DNA of 64,000 nucleotides from Desulfobacterales bacterium. Its GTDB lineage: Bacteria > Desulfobacterota > Desulfobacteria > Desulfobacterales > UBA2174. Location: NCBI GenBank assembly GCA_963668645.2, contig CAXXWC010000003.1, positions 1-64,000 on the forward strand, in the 5' to 3' direction. The position numbers and the translations under genes are program-made. Below, piece after piece: positions 20,568 through 29,345 of this stretch. The notes under the pieces are model-generated. The model saw nothing but the letters and a program-made list of their open reading frames with translations, did not search any database and was not told the DNA's origin. The stretch's first letter is position 1. Every line of letters starts with the position of its first letter.

Positions 20568-21314
20568 ATGAAAAGAAAAGATATTGTTATTTATTTTCTT
20601 CTACAAGTATTACTGATATTTTTCGGTACTATTTTAATGGTTTGGCAAATTCACGAACAAGGTGAAGCAACTATAGATTTAAGATCTATTGGTGGATCTA
20701 TTATTGCAACAGGAGTAGTAGGTTGTTTCATGTTCTGGGCAACGTATATTAATACGAATAAATCCCTACAAAATCAGAAAATATTAAACAAAATAGAAGA
20801 CTGTGGAATACAAAATATATTTAATAAAAGAATATTACATGAAGAATATAAAGCTCAAAGAAAAAAGACAAAAAAGAATTATGATATAATGGGATTTGGT
20901 TTGCGAACGTTTATTGAAGATAACATATCCTACCTACCTGAGTGGTCCAAAATTTTTGAGATCAGAATATTGCTTATAAACCCCACACATCCAATGTGTG
21001 ATCAACGAGACTACGAGGAAAACGATAAGATAGGAAAAATCAAAGAGGATGTTATTTTTTCGACAAAAAAGATTTTGGCGCTAAATACTGATAGAGTCCA
21101 AGTTCGCTGGTATACGGCTACCCCTGTTACGAATATTTTGAGAATGGATGATGTCATGTGGGTTGGTCCATATTTTATGAAGAAGAGGAGTCGAAATGCC
21201 TATGTTCTTGAATTAAGAAAAGGGGGCAAATTATTTGATCAGTATTTAGAACACTTTGAGACTGTTTGGGATGATCCGAAACTGTCATGTACCCCGAAAT
21301 TGAAGAGGAAATAA
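20568..21314 (+). CDS. Cassette 2 gene B: 2-TM protein with a C-terminal PLD-like (DUF5919-like) domain
   Basis: Two N-terminal hydrophobic helices, then YDIMGFGL, IRILLINP, VRWY...P, RMDDVMWVGPY and FDQYLEHFETVWD. No HKD motif. Confidence 0.65.
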   Translation: MKRKDIVIYFLLQVLLIFFGTILMVWQIHEQGEATIDLRSIGGSIIATGVVGCFMFWATYINTNKSLQNQKILNKIEDCGIQNIFNKRILHEEYKAQRKKTKKNYDIMGFGLRTFIEDNISYLPEWSKIFEIRILLINPTHPMCDQRDYEENDKIGKIKEDVIFSTKKILALNTDRVQVRWYTATPVTNILRMDDVMWVGPYFMKKRSRNAYVLELRKGGKLFDQYLEHFETVWDDPKLSCTPKLKRK

Positions 21315-22358
21315 ATGGAAAATATATTCTTTAATCCAGGCGAAAACATTAAGCTATTAGGAAATAAAATCAAACCCAAATTAGCATATAGATCAGTGGC
21401 CTGCAAATTTCCAATCCGTATTCATATGACACCAGTTGATTGCAATAGGTTTGCGTATGGAAAGCCGGGAGGTGGAGGAATTGGATTCGCTGTAAATAGC
21501 GATAACTATCTAAAGATCAAATTTTCGAACGAACAAAAGATCAATGGTCCAAAAAATAAACTAAAAATTATCGAACATTGCATCAAAATTGCTCAAGACC
21601 TCTTCAATACAGATATTAATTTTTCAGTTGACTTACAGTTTGATCCAATAATTAAGGAGCATAGCGGCTTTGGCTCTTCAGCGATAACTATGACCACAAT
21701 ACTATCTTGTTTCAACCAATTATATGGCAATCCATTGGATAATAACATGCTAAGAAGGTTGATAGGCAATAATTTCGTGGAACAATCCGATAACATGTTG
21801 TCGTTAGGATTAGAGACAGGGGTTGGACCGCAGGTTGTATTACATGGTGGTATTGCAGTCCTTACAGACGATCTCAGAGTTATCTATTCTGGAAGTTTTC
21901 TCCCAGAGTATCATGTCGCATTAGTTGATTCGATGGGGCAAAGACTACCGTTTGACGGACCAGAAAGAGATAGCGAATTGTCAGATGCATTTTACCAAGA
22001 TTCGTCATTTAGATTTATAAAATCATATATGATATTGATGGATCTTATTCCAGCTTTGTACAGGAATGATGTTAAAGATATTTCTAAATTTTTATGGCCC
22101 ATTCAATTTGGAGGATGTCATATTAGTATGTTGTCTGATTATATTGACTTTGGATCTGAAATTTTAAGTACAATGACATTTTTTAAGCAAAACCATATTC
22201 ATTTGGTAGGTATGAGTTCGGTAGGGCCAACTATTTACGCGATCCACGAAGACAAGGAATACCTTAATTCAATTTGTGAAAAGATAGGCAAACCTCATAT
22301 GATATCTAAGGTGAATAATGCGAAACTTAAGATTGAAATACTACAGGAAGATAATTAA
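21315..22358 (+). CDS. Cassette 2 gene C: GHMP-fold protein, beta-ribofuranosylaminobenzene-5'-phosphate (beta-RFAP) synthase-like
   Basis: FPIRIHMTPVD..GGGGIGFAV, EHSGFGSSA, ETGVG...HGG and GMSSVGPTIY parallel the beta-RFAP synthase motifs PxRLH...GGxG, HxGLGSxT, TSGIG...GG and GxSSxGPTxY. Confidence 0.75.
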   Translation: MENIFFNPGENIKLLGNKIKPKLAYRSVACKFPIRIHMTPVDCNRFAYGKPGGGGIGFAVNSDNYLKIKFSNEQKINGPKNKLKIIEHCIKIAQDLFNTDINFSVDLQFDPIIKEHSGFGSSAITMTTILSCFNQLYGNPLDNNMLRRLIGNNFVEQSDNMLSLGLETGVGPQVVLHGGIAVLTDDLRVIYSGSFLPEYHVALVDSMGQRLPFDGPERDSELSDAFYQDSSFRFIKSYMILMDLIPALYRNDVKDISKFLWPIQFGGCHISMLSDYIDFGSEILSTMTFFKQNHIHLVGMSSVGPTIYAIHEDKEYLNSICEKIGKPHMISKVNNAKLKIEILQEDN

Positions 22359-22381
22359 TGAAAGTATTTACTAATATCTTT

Positions 22382-22439
22382 GGCTAACCATACCTTCCAG
22401 TCCGACTCGCTTTGCTCGCGGCTGAAGGCCACGTTAGCC
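22382..22439 (+). other. attC site 2
   Basis: GGCTAAC-cata-CCTTCCAG ... CTGAAGG-ccac-GTTAGCC. Its R'' is complementary to the GTTAGCC that opens cassette 2. Confidence 0.9.
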
Positions 22440-22455
22440 ATCAGGAATTAAAATC

Positions 22456-23358
22456 ATGCCTATAAGTAAGGAGTTTATCAAAAAAGTAAGAGCCTTTTTA
22501 GATGTTTACCCTAAAAGCCACTCATTAAATTCATTGAGAAATGCTTTAAACCTACTAGATAAGGCAAAAAAATATCAAGGCAATGACGATAATATCTCTC
22601 TGTTTTGTGCAATAACAGCAGTAGAAGAGGCTGTAAGTTCAATTTTCCTCGCGCTAAAACACCTTCATTATGATTCTTCAGACAAAATAAATCATTACAA
22701 CCATATACATAAATCAGCCTTTTATCCATTTTGCAAAGCTCTTGTCTTTTCTTTTGAACTCTTCAATAAAAATAAGCCACAATTAGGGATCGACAAAAAT
22801 AGTCAGCACCCAAGATTACTGATCAGGTTCTTTGTTGAAAATTTAAATGGTGAGAGTTTGGTAGCAACTTCAGACTTGCCCTTTGGATTTACAATTAAAA
22901 ATGATAGCGGAATCGATGATTTCGAGAGCAACCTTAAGCACTACTTTGGCAAAGAATATGAAGGGTTAAAAAAATGGTTGGAAAAAGAAGCAAACTTACG
23001 AAATAGAGTTTTATACGCATCACCTAATGGTATTCCTAAAGTTGAAATTACGGACCCCGAAAGATACCTCTCCGATTATGAACAAAAAGTTAACACAATA
23101 ATGTTGTTGTACTTTCTAATTGCACCATACAAAGAAAAACAAGTTTTTGTTCAGCAAGCACTGCATGCTTTCGTAAAAATGATTGGGAAAATTCCCAATG
23201 AAGATAAATTGCTAGAAATGATTGATGATATAGAACCGGCACCAATAGCGTGTGAGGTCAACCTAAACACAGGTAAAATGGTAGGTGTTCAGATAGATGG
23301 TTCAGTCATCAAGGAAGTCGAGTACAAAGAAAACGAAATAAAGATAAAAATTGGCTAA
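22456..23358 (+). CDS. Cassette 3: AbiV-like / HEPN-type protein
   Basis: SLFCAITAVEE, NHIHK and LRNRVLYA resemble the AbiV/HEPN pattern (LAxEE ... HxxK ... RNxxLY). Stop codon lies in attC. Confidence 0.55.
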   Translation: MPISKEFIKKVRAFLDVYPKSHSLNSLRNALNLLDKAKKYQGNDDNISLFCAITAVEEAVSSIFLALKHLHYDSSDKINHYNHIHKSAFYPFCKALVFSFELFNKNKPQLGIDKNSQHPRLLIRFFVENLNGESLVATSDLPFGFTIKNDSGIDDFESNLKHYFGKEYEGLKKWLEKEANLRNRVLYASPNGIPKVEITDPERYLSDYEQKVNTIMLLYFLIAPYKEKQVFVQQALHAFVKMIGKIPNEDKLLEMIDDIEPAPIACEVNLNTGKMVGVQIDGSVIKEVEYKENEIKIKIG

Positions 23359-23416
23359 CCCGGCGCTGCACTCGGACTCGCTTCCCTTCGGTCGCGAGCC
23401 GGTGAGCTTGTTATGC
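23353..23416 (+). other. attC site 3 (shortened right spacer)
   Basis: GGCTAAC-ccggc-GCTGCACTCGG ... CCGGTGAGC-tt-GTTATGC. Confidence 0.8.
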
Positions 23417-23447
23417 GCAAACAATCTGAGCGAGTATAGGAGGCAAC

Positions 23448-24248
23448 ATGCCTGATTTTCAACATAGCATCAACGATCCTAATGTTTTATTAGCTTTAAG
23501 TTTGTCCATTCCAAACGAAGGGGAGAAGACCAAAACGCCAAATGAGTTTACAGTAAAAGCATTTCCTGGCACTTTCCAAATAAATATACCATATTCCAAC
23601 ACCCCGTCAGAGACTAGTGCAAAACTTTTGGCCTCAAAAGAGACAATAGCCTTTGCGTTGTTATTATTGTATTTATTCGAAACTCGATTTGAAAGAGATG
23701 AATTCAGGTTCGAGGAATTTATGCGTAAATCCGCGCATGAATGTTATCAAAGTCAAAGGCTTATTGAACGATCCTACATTCAAAGCAATTCGGACTCGCA
23801 AGAGAATATTAGATCACGATTTATTATAGATTTTTTCGAACATCTGGATGTAAATGAAAAATTAACTTATGAGTTCGATGAATTAACGCATCAAGTATTG
23901 GAATATCTCGAAGATGAGGGATTAGTAGTAGACCCGGCCGTTACCGCGAGTACTGGATTGATGGTGTTGGCGGGGCTGATTCCAGTACGGTGGTCGGTGC
24001 GCACGCCAAAGGGGCAAGAAGTCTATCGTGAAATCAAAATAAGGGCCGGACTATGGACTTTGGATATACAGCGTAAGCGACGTGGGCCTAGAAAATTCAC
24101 TGACTGGGACTTTAATTTTCGCGGAGTTCGTGCGGTTAAAAAGGTGCTAAGAGCTTTTGCTGAGGATTTTCTTAGTGAAGAAGAAGAGGATAGAAGCCTG
24201 CGTGGCAAACCGACACTACCGCCACCAGATAAATTTGAAGATGAATAA
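23448..24248 (+). CDS. Cassette 4: hypothetical protein
   Basis: 266-aa ORF with an AGGAGG RBS, between attC3 and attC4. No family recognised. Confidence 0.75.
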   Translation: MPDFQHSINDPNVLLALSLSIPNEGEKTKTPNEFTVKAFPGTFQINIPYSNTPSETSAKLLASKETIAFALLLLYLFETRFERDEFRFEEFMRKSAHECYQSQRLIERSYIQSNSDSQENIRSRFIIDFFEHLDVNEKLTYEFDELTHQVLEYLEDEGLVVDPAVTASTGLMVLAGLIPVRWSVRTPKGQEVYREIKIRAGLWTLDIQRKRRGPRKFTDWDFNFRGVRAVKKVLRAFAEDFLSEEEEDRSLRGKPTLPPPDKFEDE

Positions 24249-24250
24249 GC

Positions 24251-24312
24251 GCATAACAAGGCTTTTTCAGCGGATCGCAAAAAGCCGCGCCCGCTGAAAA
24301 GCAACGTTGTGC
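24251..24312 (+). other. attC site 4
   Basis: GCATAAC-aag-GCTTTTTCAGCGG ... CCGCTGAAAAGC-aac-GTTGTGC. R'' is complementary to the GTTATGC opening cassette 4, and the loop GCAAAAAGCCGC is shared with attC1. Confidence 0.92.
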
Positions 24313-24331
24313 TTGGGAAAAGGGTACTTTA

Positions 24332-25213
24332 ATGAATTTAATGAGAGGCTACATAGTTTCCGTTTTCGGTGTTTTTATAACTATTATTGTTGTGATTGTA
24401 GGTTTAAGATTTTCCGGTGAAGCTGCTTTTATTACGGGAACTTTTTCCGCCTTGATAACACTCGCTATTACAAGTTTAAAGTTTGAAATAGATGACACAA
24501 TTCGAAAACTTGAAATAATTATTGAAAACAAGAAAAAGGAAGTAATAATTGAGAATCGATTATCAAATAAAGCATTTGCTCCGATAATAGACTACTTAAA
24601 TGATGAACAAATAGTCAATAAATATCTCGAATTCATTTCTGACCTTACAGAGGGAATTCTCCCTGAATATATTGCCAAAGTTAGAAGAATAGAGCTATTG
24701 CCAAAAGTGAAAAAAAGTATTTGTGCTTCTGCATATCATCCAACACTTGATAGCCTGAAAAGATGGGATTTCACATGGTTAAAAGACTGGGAACAAAGGA
24801 CATGCAAAATAGCCAGAATAAATAAAGAAGTGCTGGTTGAGCGCATTTACTTGTTGAATCAATCTCAAATTATCCAAAAAAATAAATGTGTTGAAGAAGC
24901 TTACAAAATATTTGAAAGGCAAAGTGCTTGTGATGTGAAAGTAAGGATATTATGGTTAGACACAACTCTAAAATTCAGTGATGATCATACTCAATTTCAG
25001 GAACTTAGACGAAACTTTACAATATTCGACGGAATCGAAGTTCTTGAGACACATGATAGCGGCCAACTAATGTTCCGAAATTCATCAAAAACAGAAAAGT
25101 TTAAAGAATACTATAAAATACAACGTATGTTTTCCAAACCCTGGAATGATGCAATAGATGAGGTTGCTGACATCAAAGTAGCACAATCGGCTCGCCGGGG
25201 ACTGACCCAGTAG
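24332..25213 (+). CDS. Cassette 5: 2-TM protein with a probable PLD-like (DUF6879-like) domain; last codons come from the intron
   Basis: Two N-terminal TM helices, then VERIYLL, VKVRILW and RNFTIFD. The ORF runs through the remnant R'' GCACA into intron sequence. Confidence 0.55.
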   Translation: MNLMRGYIVSVFGVFITIIVVIVGLRFSGEAAFITGTFSALITLAITSLKFEIDDTIRKLEIIIENKKKEVIIENRLSNKAFAPIIDYLNDEQIVNKYLEFISDLTEGILPEYIAKVRRIELLPKVKKSICASAYHPTLDSLKRWDFTWLKDWEQRTCKIARINKEVLVERIYLLNQSQIIQKNKCVEEAYKIFERQSACDVKVRILWLDTTLKFSDDHTQFQELRRNFTIFDGIEVLETHDSGQLMFRNSSKTEKFKEYYKIQRMFSKPWNDAIDEVADIKVAQSARRGLTQ

Positions 25214-25265
25214 GCCAGCCCCGGCTGCCACACCACCGTACGTGCGGGTCCGCATACGGCGGTTC
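25186..25265 (-). ncRNA. Group II intron domains V-VI
   Basis: Canonical domain V hairpin; domain VI hairpin CCGGGG...CCCCGG with a bulged A before the terminal AT. Confidence 0.88.
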
Positions 25266-25268
25266 CGA

Positions 25269-25545
25269 TCAGACCCGGGCTTTTGGCCCGTAGTGAAGAA
25301 CAATCCATGACGTGCGCATGTCGGGGACACCTTGCGCATGGAGCCAGTCGTTGGTCAAGGCCCGTTGGACGATGCTGTTATGGCTCATCCGCCAGTACCC
25401 TTTTCGACTGCGCGTCGCCATCCGGACCTCGTCCTTGGGGATCCCCAGGGCGAGCAGGTGGCGGCGACGTGTGCGGGGGCGTTTCCATTGCTTCCAATAG
25501 TACAACCGCACTCTACGGCGAATCCACTCGGCCAGCGCCTGCTTG
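25269..25545 (-). pseudogene. Group II intron maturase (domain X) C-terminal fragment
   Basis: LAEWIRRRVRLYYWKQWKRPRTRRRHLLALG...SRKGYWRMS. Confidence 0.88.
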
Positions 25546-25669
25546 ACAGAAGGAACCATTGGAACCGTTTTGGAACTCCTCGCCATTCGCAAAGTCGTTG
25601 ACGCCCTCCTCCGCAGACTGGATCCTCCAGAGAAACTACCTGTGAACCTGTCAAAGGAGGAAAGGCGCC

Positions 25670-25837
25670 ATGCACAAGCAGATGACCCTTTGGCCCAAAC
25701 CCGAATCGGAGATTTGGCCACAGGTCCATCCCGACACGCGGAAAATTCTTATCAGAACTCTGGCCAGACTCATCGTGAAAGCGCTCCGTCCGAAGAGTCC
25801 CAGCGAGCGCAAGGAGGTCGGTCATGGGTTCCAATGA
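25670..25837 (+). CDS. Small accessory protein upstream of the serine recombinase (55 aa)
   Basis: MHKQMTLWPKPESEIWPQVHPDTRKILIRTLARLIVKALRP...; AGGAGG RBS; overlaps the recombinase start. Confidence 0.5.
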   Translation: MHKQMTLWPKPESEIWPQVHPDTRKILIRTLARLIVKALRPKSPSERKEVGHGFQ

Positions 25838-28028
25838 AAAAATAAATGCAACTCATCTCCAGCGCTTCGCTTATGTCTACGTACGCCAATCCAGCACCGC
25901 ACAAGTCCAGCACAACCGCGAGTCCACTGAGCGCCAGTACAACTTGGCCGGGCGGGCTGCCCAGCTCGGCTGGCTCCCATCACAGGTGCAAATTATCGAC
26001 GACGACCTCGCCCGCTCGGGCTCTAACGCTACTGAACGAGGCGGCTTTGCTAAAATGACCACCGAGGTGGCCCTGGGGCATGTGGGCCTGATCCTTTCCA
26101 TCGAGGTCTCCAGGGTGGCTCGCAATAACGCCGATTGGTATCGACTCCTCGACCTGTGTGGGGTCACAGATACATTGATCGGCGACGAGGATGGCATCTA
26201 CCATCCCGGCCTTTTCAATGATCGCCTACTCCTTGGGCTCAAGGGCACCATGGCCGAGGCGGAACTCCATGTCATCCGTGCCAGGCTTGAAGGCGGCATC
26301 CGCAACAAGGCCGCCCGCGGCGAGCTGCGCCGTGGCCTCCCTGTCGGCTTTGCCTGGGGAGAAGGTGACGGCGAGGTGCTCTTCCATCCGGACCAAGCTG
26401 TCACCGGGCTCATCCACTCCATCTTCGAAAAATTCGCCGAGATGGGCTCCGTGCGTCGGGTATGGCTCTGGCTGCGCTCCGAGGATCTCTTGTTCCCTTC
26501 TCAGTCCGTTGCCGGAATCCGGTGGATTACACCCACCTATACCGCGGTCCATCATGTGCTCACCAACCCTGTCTATGCAGGGGCCTATGCTTATGGTAAA
26601 ACGCGCCAAGAACGATTCATCGACCCAATCGGACGGCTCCGAAAACGCATACGTCATTTGCCTCGAGGGGAGTGGTCCGTACTGATCATCGAACACCATC
26701 AGGGCTTCATCGATTGGGACACTTTCGAGATGAACCAACGGCGCATCGCACAAAACACTCGTCCCACCCCCCATCGGGCCACCGGTGCCGTCCGCGAAGG
26801 CTCCGCCCTCCTTCAAGGTCTCGCCTCCTGCGGCAAATGCGGTCGCAGGCTTCGGGTCTACTACCAGGGCCGCTACTCCACCCCGGGGTACTATTGTGCG
26901 GCCAGCAGTCCGGTAAACAACAGGGGACTTTACTGCATGCGCGTTGGAGGGGTCCAGATCGACGAAGCTGTCAGCAGGGCCTTCCTTGATACTGTGGCCC
27001 CGGCCGGAATCGATGCTGCTCTCCTGGCCGAAGAACAACTCCAGATCGATGAAGACACCGCCTTGAAACAGTGGCGTTTGCAGCTCGAACGTGCCCGATA
27101 CGAAGCCGAGCGCGCCGAGCGCCGGTACCGCGCCGTGGAACCCGAAAACCGCCTGGTGGCCCGTACCCTGGAGGCTGAATGGGAGAACCGCCTGGCTCAA
27201 TTGGCCGCTGCTGAAGCTGAACTCACGAAACGGCAAAGCAAGCACCCGAATCGTTTGACCGAGGATCAGCTCACTCGACTTCGTTGCCTCGGCACCGATC
27301 TCCTCCGGGTGTGGGAGGCCTCGACCACCACCGACCGCGACCGCAAGGAACTCCTGCGAACCCTCTTGGAGGAGGTCAATATCACCTTGGACAAAAACAA
27401 CTCCCTGAGCCATCTCATTATGCGCTGGAAAGGAGGGGCCATCTCCAAACTCGACATCCCCCTCAAGCGCCACAACGCCCCGCCTATCCGCACAGACGAG
27501 AATACCGTGGAACTCGTCCGCCGCCTTGCCCTTCATTACCCCGACGGAGTCATCGCAGGCATCGTCAACCGCCAGGGGCGGCGCACAGCCTACGGAGACC
27601 GGTTCACCGCCAACAGGATCGGCAACCTCCGCCGCTATTGGAAAATCCCTCGATTCGATTCCGCCACCTCCTCCCAAAACGGAGAACTGGCCACGGTCAA
27701 AGGGGCCGCGCAAATACTCGGACTGGCCCCTTCCACCCTCCACCGCTGGCTCGCCGACGGTTTCATAGCCGGCGAGCAGGTTACCCCGGGTGCCCCTTGG
27801 CGCATCCGGGTTGATGACGAGTTTCGAGCACGCTTCGTCCAACAAGCCCCCGAGGGCCATGTCTCCATGCAGGAGGCCACCAAACTCCTCGGCCTCTCCC
27901 GACAAGCAGTGTTGCAGCGTGTAAAGCGAGGTGAGCTCTCCGCAGTCCATGTGTGCCTTGGAAAAAGAAAAGGGTTGAGAATCAAGGTATTAGCGACACA
28001 ACCAAGTCTCTTTGACAACCTTTCATGA
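25824..28028 (+). CDS. Large serine recombinase (resolvase, recombinase, Zn ribbon, coiled coil, C-terminal HTH domains)
   Basis: Motifs YVYVRQSS, DDDLARSG, EVSRVARN, LLGLKGTMAEAEL, LTNPVYAG and LQGLASCGKCG, plus two terminal HTH motifs. Confidence 0.93.
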   Translation: MGSNEKINATHLQRFAYVYVRQSSTAQVQHNRESTERQYNLAGRAAQLGWLPSQVQIIDDDLARSGSNATERGGFAKMTTEVALGHVGLILSIEVSRVARNNADWYRLLDLCGVTDTLIGDEDGIYHPGLFNDRLLLGLKGTMAEAELHVIRARLEGGIRNKAARGELRRGLPVGFAWGEGDGEVLFHPDQAVTGLIHSIFEKFAEMGSVRRVWLWLRSEDLLFPSQSVAGIRWITPTYTAVHHVLTNPVYAGAYAYGKTRQERFIDPIGRLRKRIRHLPRGEWSVLIIEHHQGFIDWDTFEMNQRRIAQNTRPTPHRATGAVREGSALLQGLASCGKCGRRLRVYYQGRYSTPGYYCAASSPVNNRGLYCMRVGGVQIDEAVSRAFLDTVAPAGIDAALLAEEQLQIDEDTALKQWRLQLERARYEAERAERRYRAVEPENRLVARTLEAEWENRLAQLAAAEAELTKRQSKHPNRLTEDQLTRLRCLGTDLLRVWEASTTTDRDRKELLRTLLEEVNITLDKNNSLSHLIMRWKGGAISKLDIPLKRHNAPPIRTDENTVELVRRLALHYPDGVIAGIVNRQGRRTAYGDRFTANRIGNLRRYWKIPRFDSATSSQNGELATVKGAAQILGLAPSTLHRWLADGFIAGEQVTPGAPWRIRVDDEFRARFVQQAPEGHVSMQEATKLLGLSRQAVLQRVKRGELSAVHVCLGKRKGLRIKVLATQPSLFDNLS

Positions 28029-28049
28029 AAGGAGTGCAGTATGAAGGGG

Positions 28050-28317
28050 TCTCCAAGAAGGATTTCAGGTCACAGTCCACCGCAAAGCGGCGTCCCTCCT
28101 GCCAGCCGGCCTCCACTTCCCGCACCGCCTGATGGGCGTTGCGCCCTTCGCGGAAGCCATAGCTGTGGTTGCTGAACCCGCCATCGAACAGCGGGGTCAG
28201 CACCTGTGCCAGCGCCTGCTGGATCACGCGATCCAGTACGGTCGGCACTCCCAGCGGGCGTTGCGACCCGTCGGGTTTGGAGATGAACACTCGGCGCACG
28301 GACGCCGGCCGGTACAT
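28050..28317 (-). pseudogene. Group II intron reverse transcriptase N-terminal fragment
   Basis: YRPASVRRVFISKPDGSQRPLGVPTVLDRVIQQA...SYGFREGRNAHQAV...DCDLKSF; no YADD region. Confidence 0.9.
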
Positions 28318-28408
28318 GATTTGTTACATCATCAAGCTTGTTTCCAGCTTTCAAATTCCTGTCTGGCTTCTGCCTTTACCAGGAGGACCTGAATGAAAGC
28401 ACCCCTCT

Positions 28409-29207
28409 CTATCTTAGAAGATCAAGCTGTTTTTTGAATTCCGACGGAGTCACGCCATATAAGGCTTTAAATTTTTTATAGAAGTTACCGATACTTGAAA
28501 ACCCGCTTTCCAGTGCGGCTTCCGTAATACTTTTTTCTGTTTTCGAAAGCAGGGCCCCTGCTGTCTGCAGCCTTCGCATGGTCATGTATTCAACAATACT
28601 GATGTTTGTGACTTTTCTAAATTCCCTGGTAAGCAGGCTTCTGGACATGCCAAACTCGGATGCGATCATATCAAGGGTGAGATGTTCTTCCAGATGGTCA
28701 TCTATCCAACTGCAGATACGATCCACCTTGTCTCCATGGCGCCCCTGGCTGTCCATGTCGCTTGCTCCCTGGTTTTTGAAATGAATGGCCAGGATCAGAC
28801 CGATTCTGCCCCAGATAATATCAAGGTTCTTTTTTTCAGTCTCCCCGAGCGCGTCCGGGATTTTGTCAAAAAGGGCTGAGAACTCACTGTCTTCTTCATG
28901 GTCGGAAAAAACCGCCGGAGTGTTTTTAATATTTCTGAGCCAGTTTGATAATGCGGAGGAAAGATGAATGGCAGAATCCGCAGCCGTCAAGGCAAAGGAT
29001 TTTTAAATCCGCCGACTCATCCTGTCCGAAAAGAAATCGATGCCTGTTTTCCGGCAGGATGAGGATGAAGCGACCGTTCTGAAATGGAATATCCTGATTG
29101 TCAAAAACGATATGTCCCCGCCCTTTTCGGCAGTACAGCAACTCATATACTTCATGGGAATGCCACCCTAAAGATTCCTTAAGATTCAGCGTCATGCTCC
29201 AGTACAT
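28409..29207 (-). CDS. AraC-family regulator (cupin + HTH), one frameshift near 28985
   Basis: WHSHEVYEL cupin in 28926-29207; AraC HTH (SITEAALESGFSSIGNFYKKFK..GVTPSEF) in 28409-28990. Confidence 0.82.
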
Positions 29208-29345
29208 AATAATTTACCCGATTTGATAGTGATTGTAGCCAATAATGAAAGATCGTACAGAACCATTCTGCTATCATGCTTTCATCATAGGGTATGATAT
29301 ACCCGAAATGATAATTTATCAATCTTTAAATAATGGAGAATCAAA

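Larger units (their letters stand above)
25186..28317 (-). mobile_element. Group IIC-attC intron, degraded (5' end lost, RT core replaced)
   Basis: Domain V GAACCGCCGTATGCGGACCCGCACGTACGGTGGTG (CGC triad) and domain VI ending ...GCCGAT at 25186, joined to TGTGC of an attC R''. Maturase C-terminus at 25269-25545 and RT N-terminus at ~28050-28317. Confidence 0.88.

Noticed and set aside
21315..22358. Methanopterin biosynthesis role for the beta-RFAP-synthase-like gene
   Set aside because: No other methanopterin genes are nearby, and the gene sits in a mobile AT-rich cassette with unrelated partners.
19240..24312. Recurrent short palindromes as CRISPR repeats or terminators
   Set aside because: They are separated by whole genes, are not identical, have RYYYAAC/GTTRRRY-type ends and lack U-tracts, so they are attC sites. 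No CRISPR array or cas gene was seen in the window.
12291..28028. Prophage, suggested by CI-like repressors and a large serine recombinase
   Set aside because: There are no structural, terminase, replication or lysis genes. The tyrosine recombinase is an integron integrase and the serine recombinase lies inside an intron remnant.
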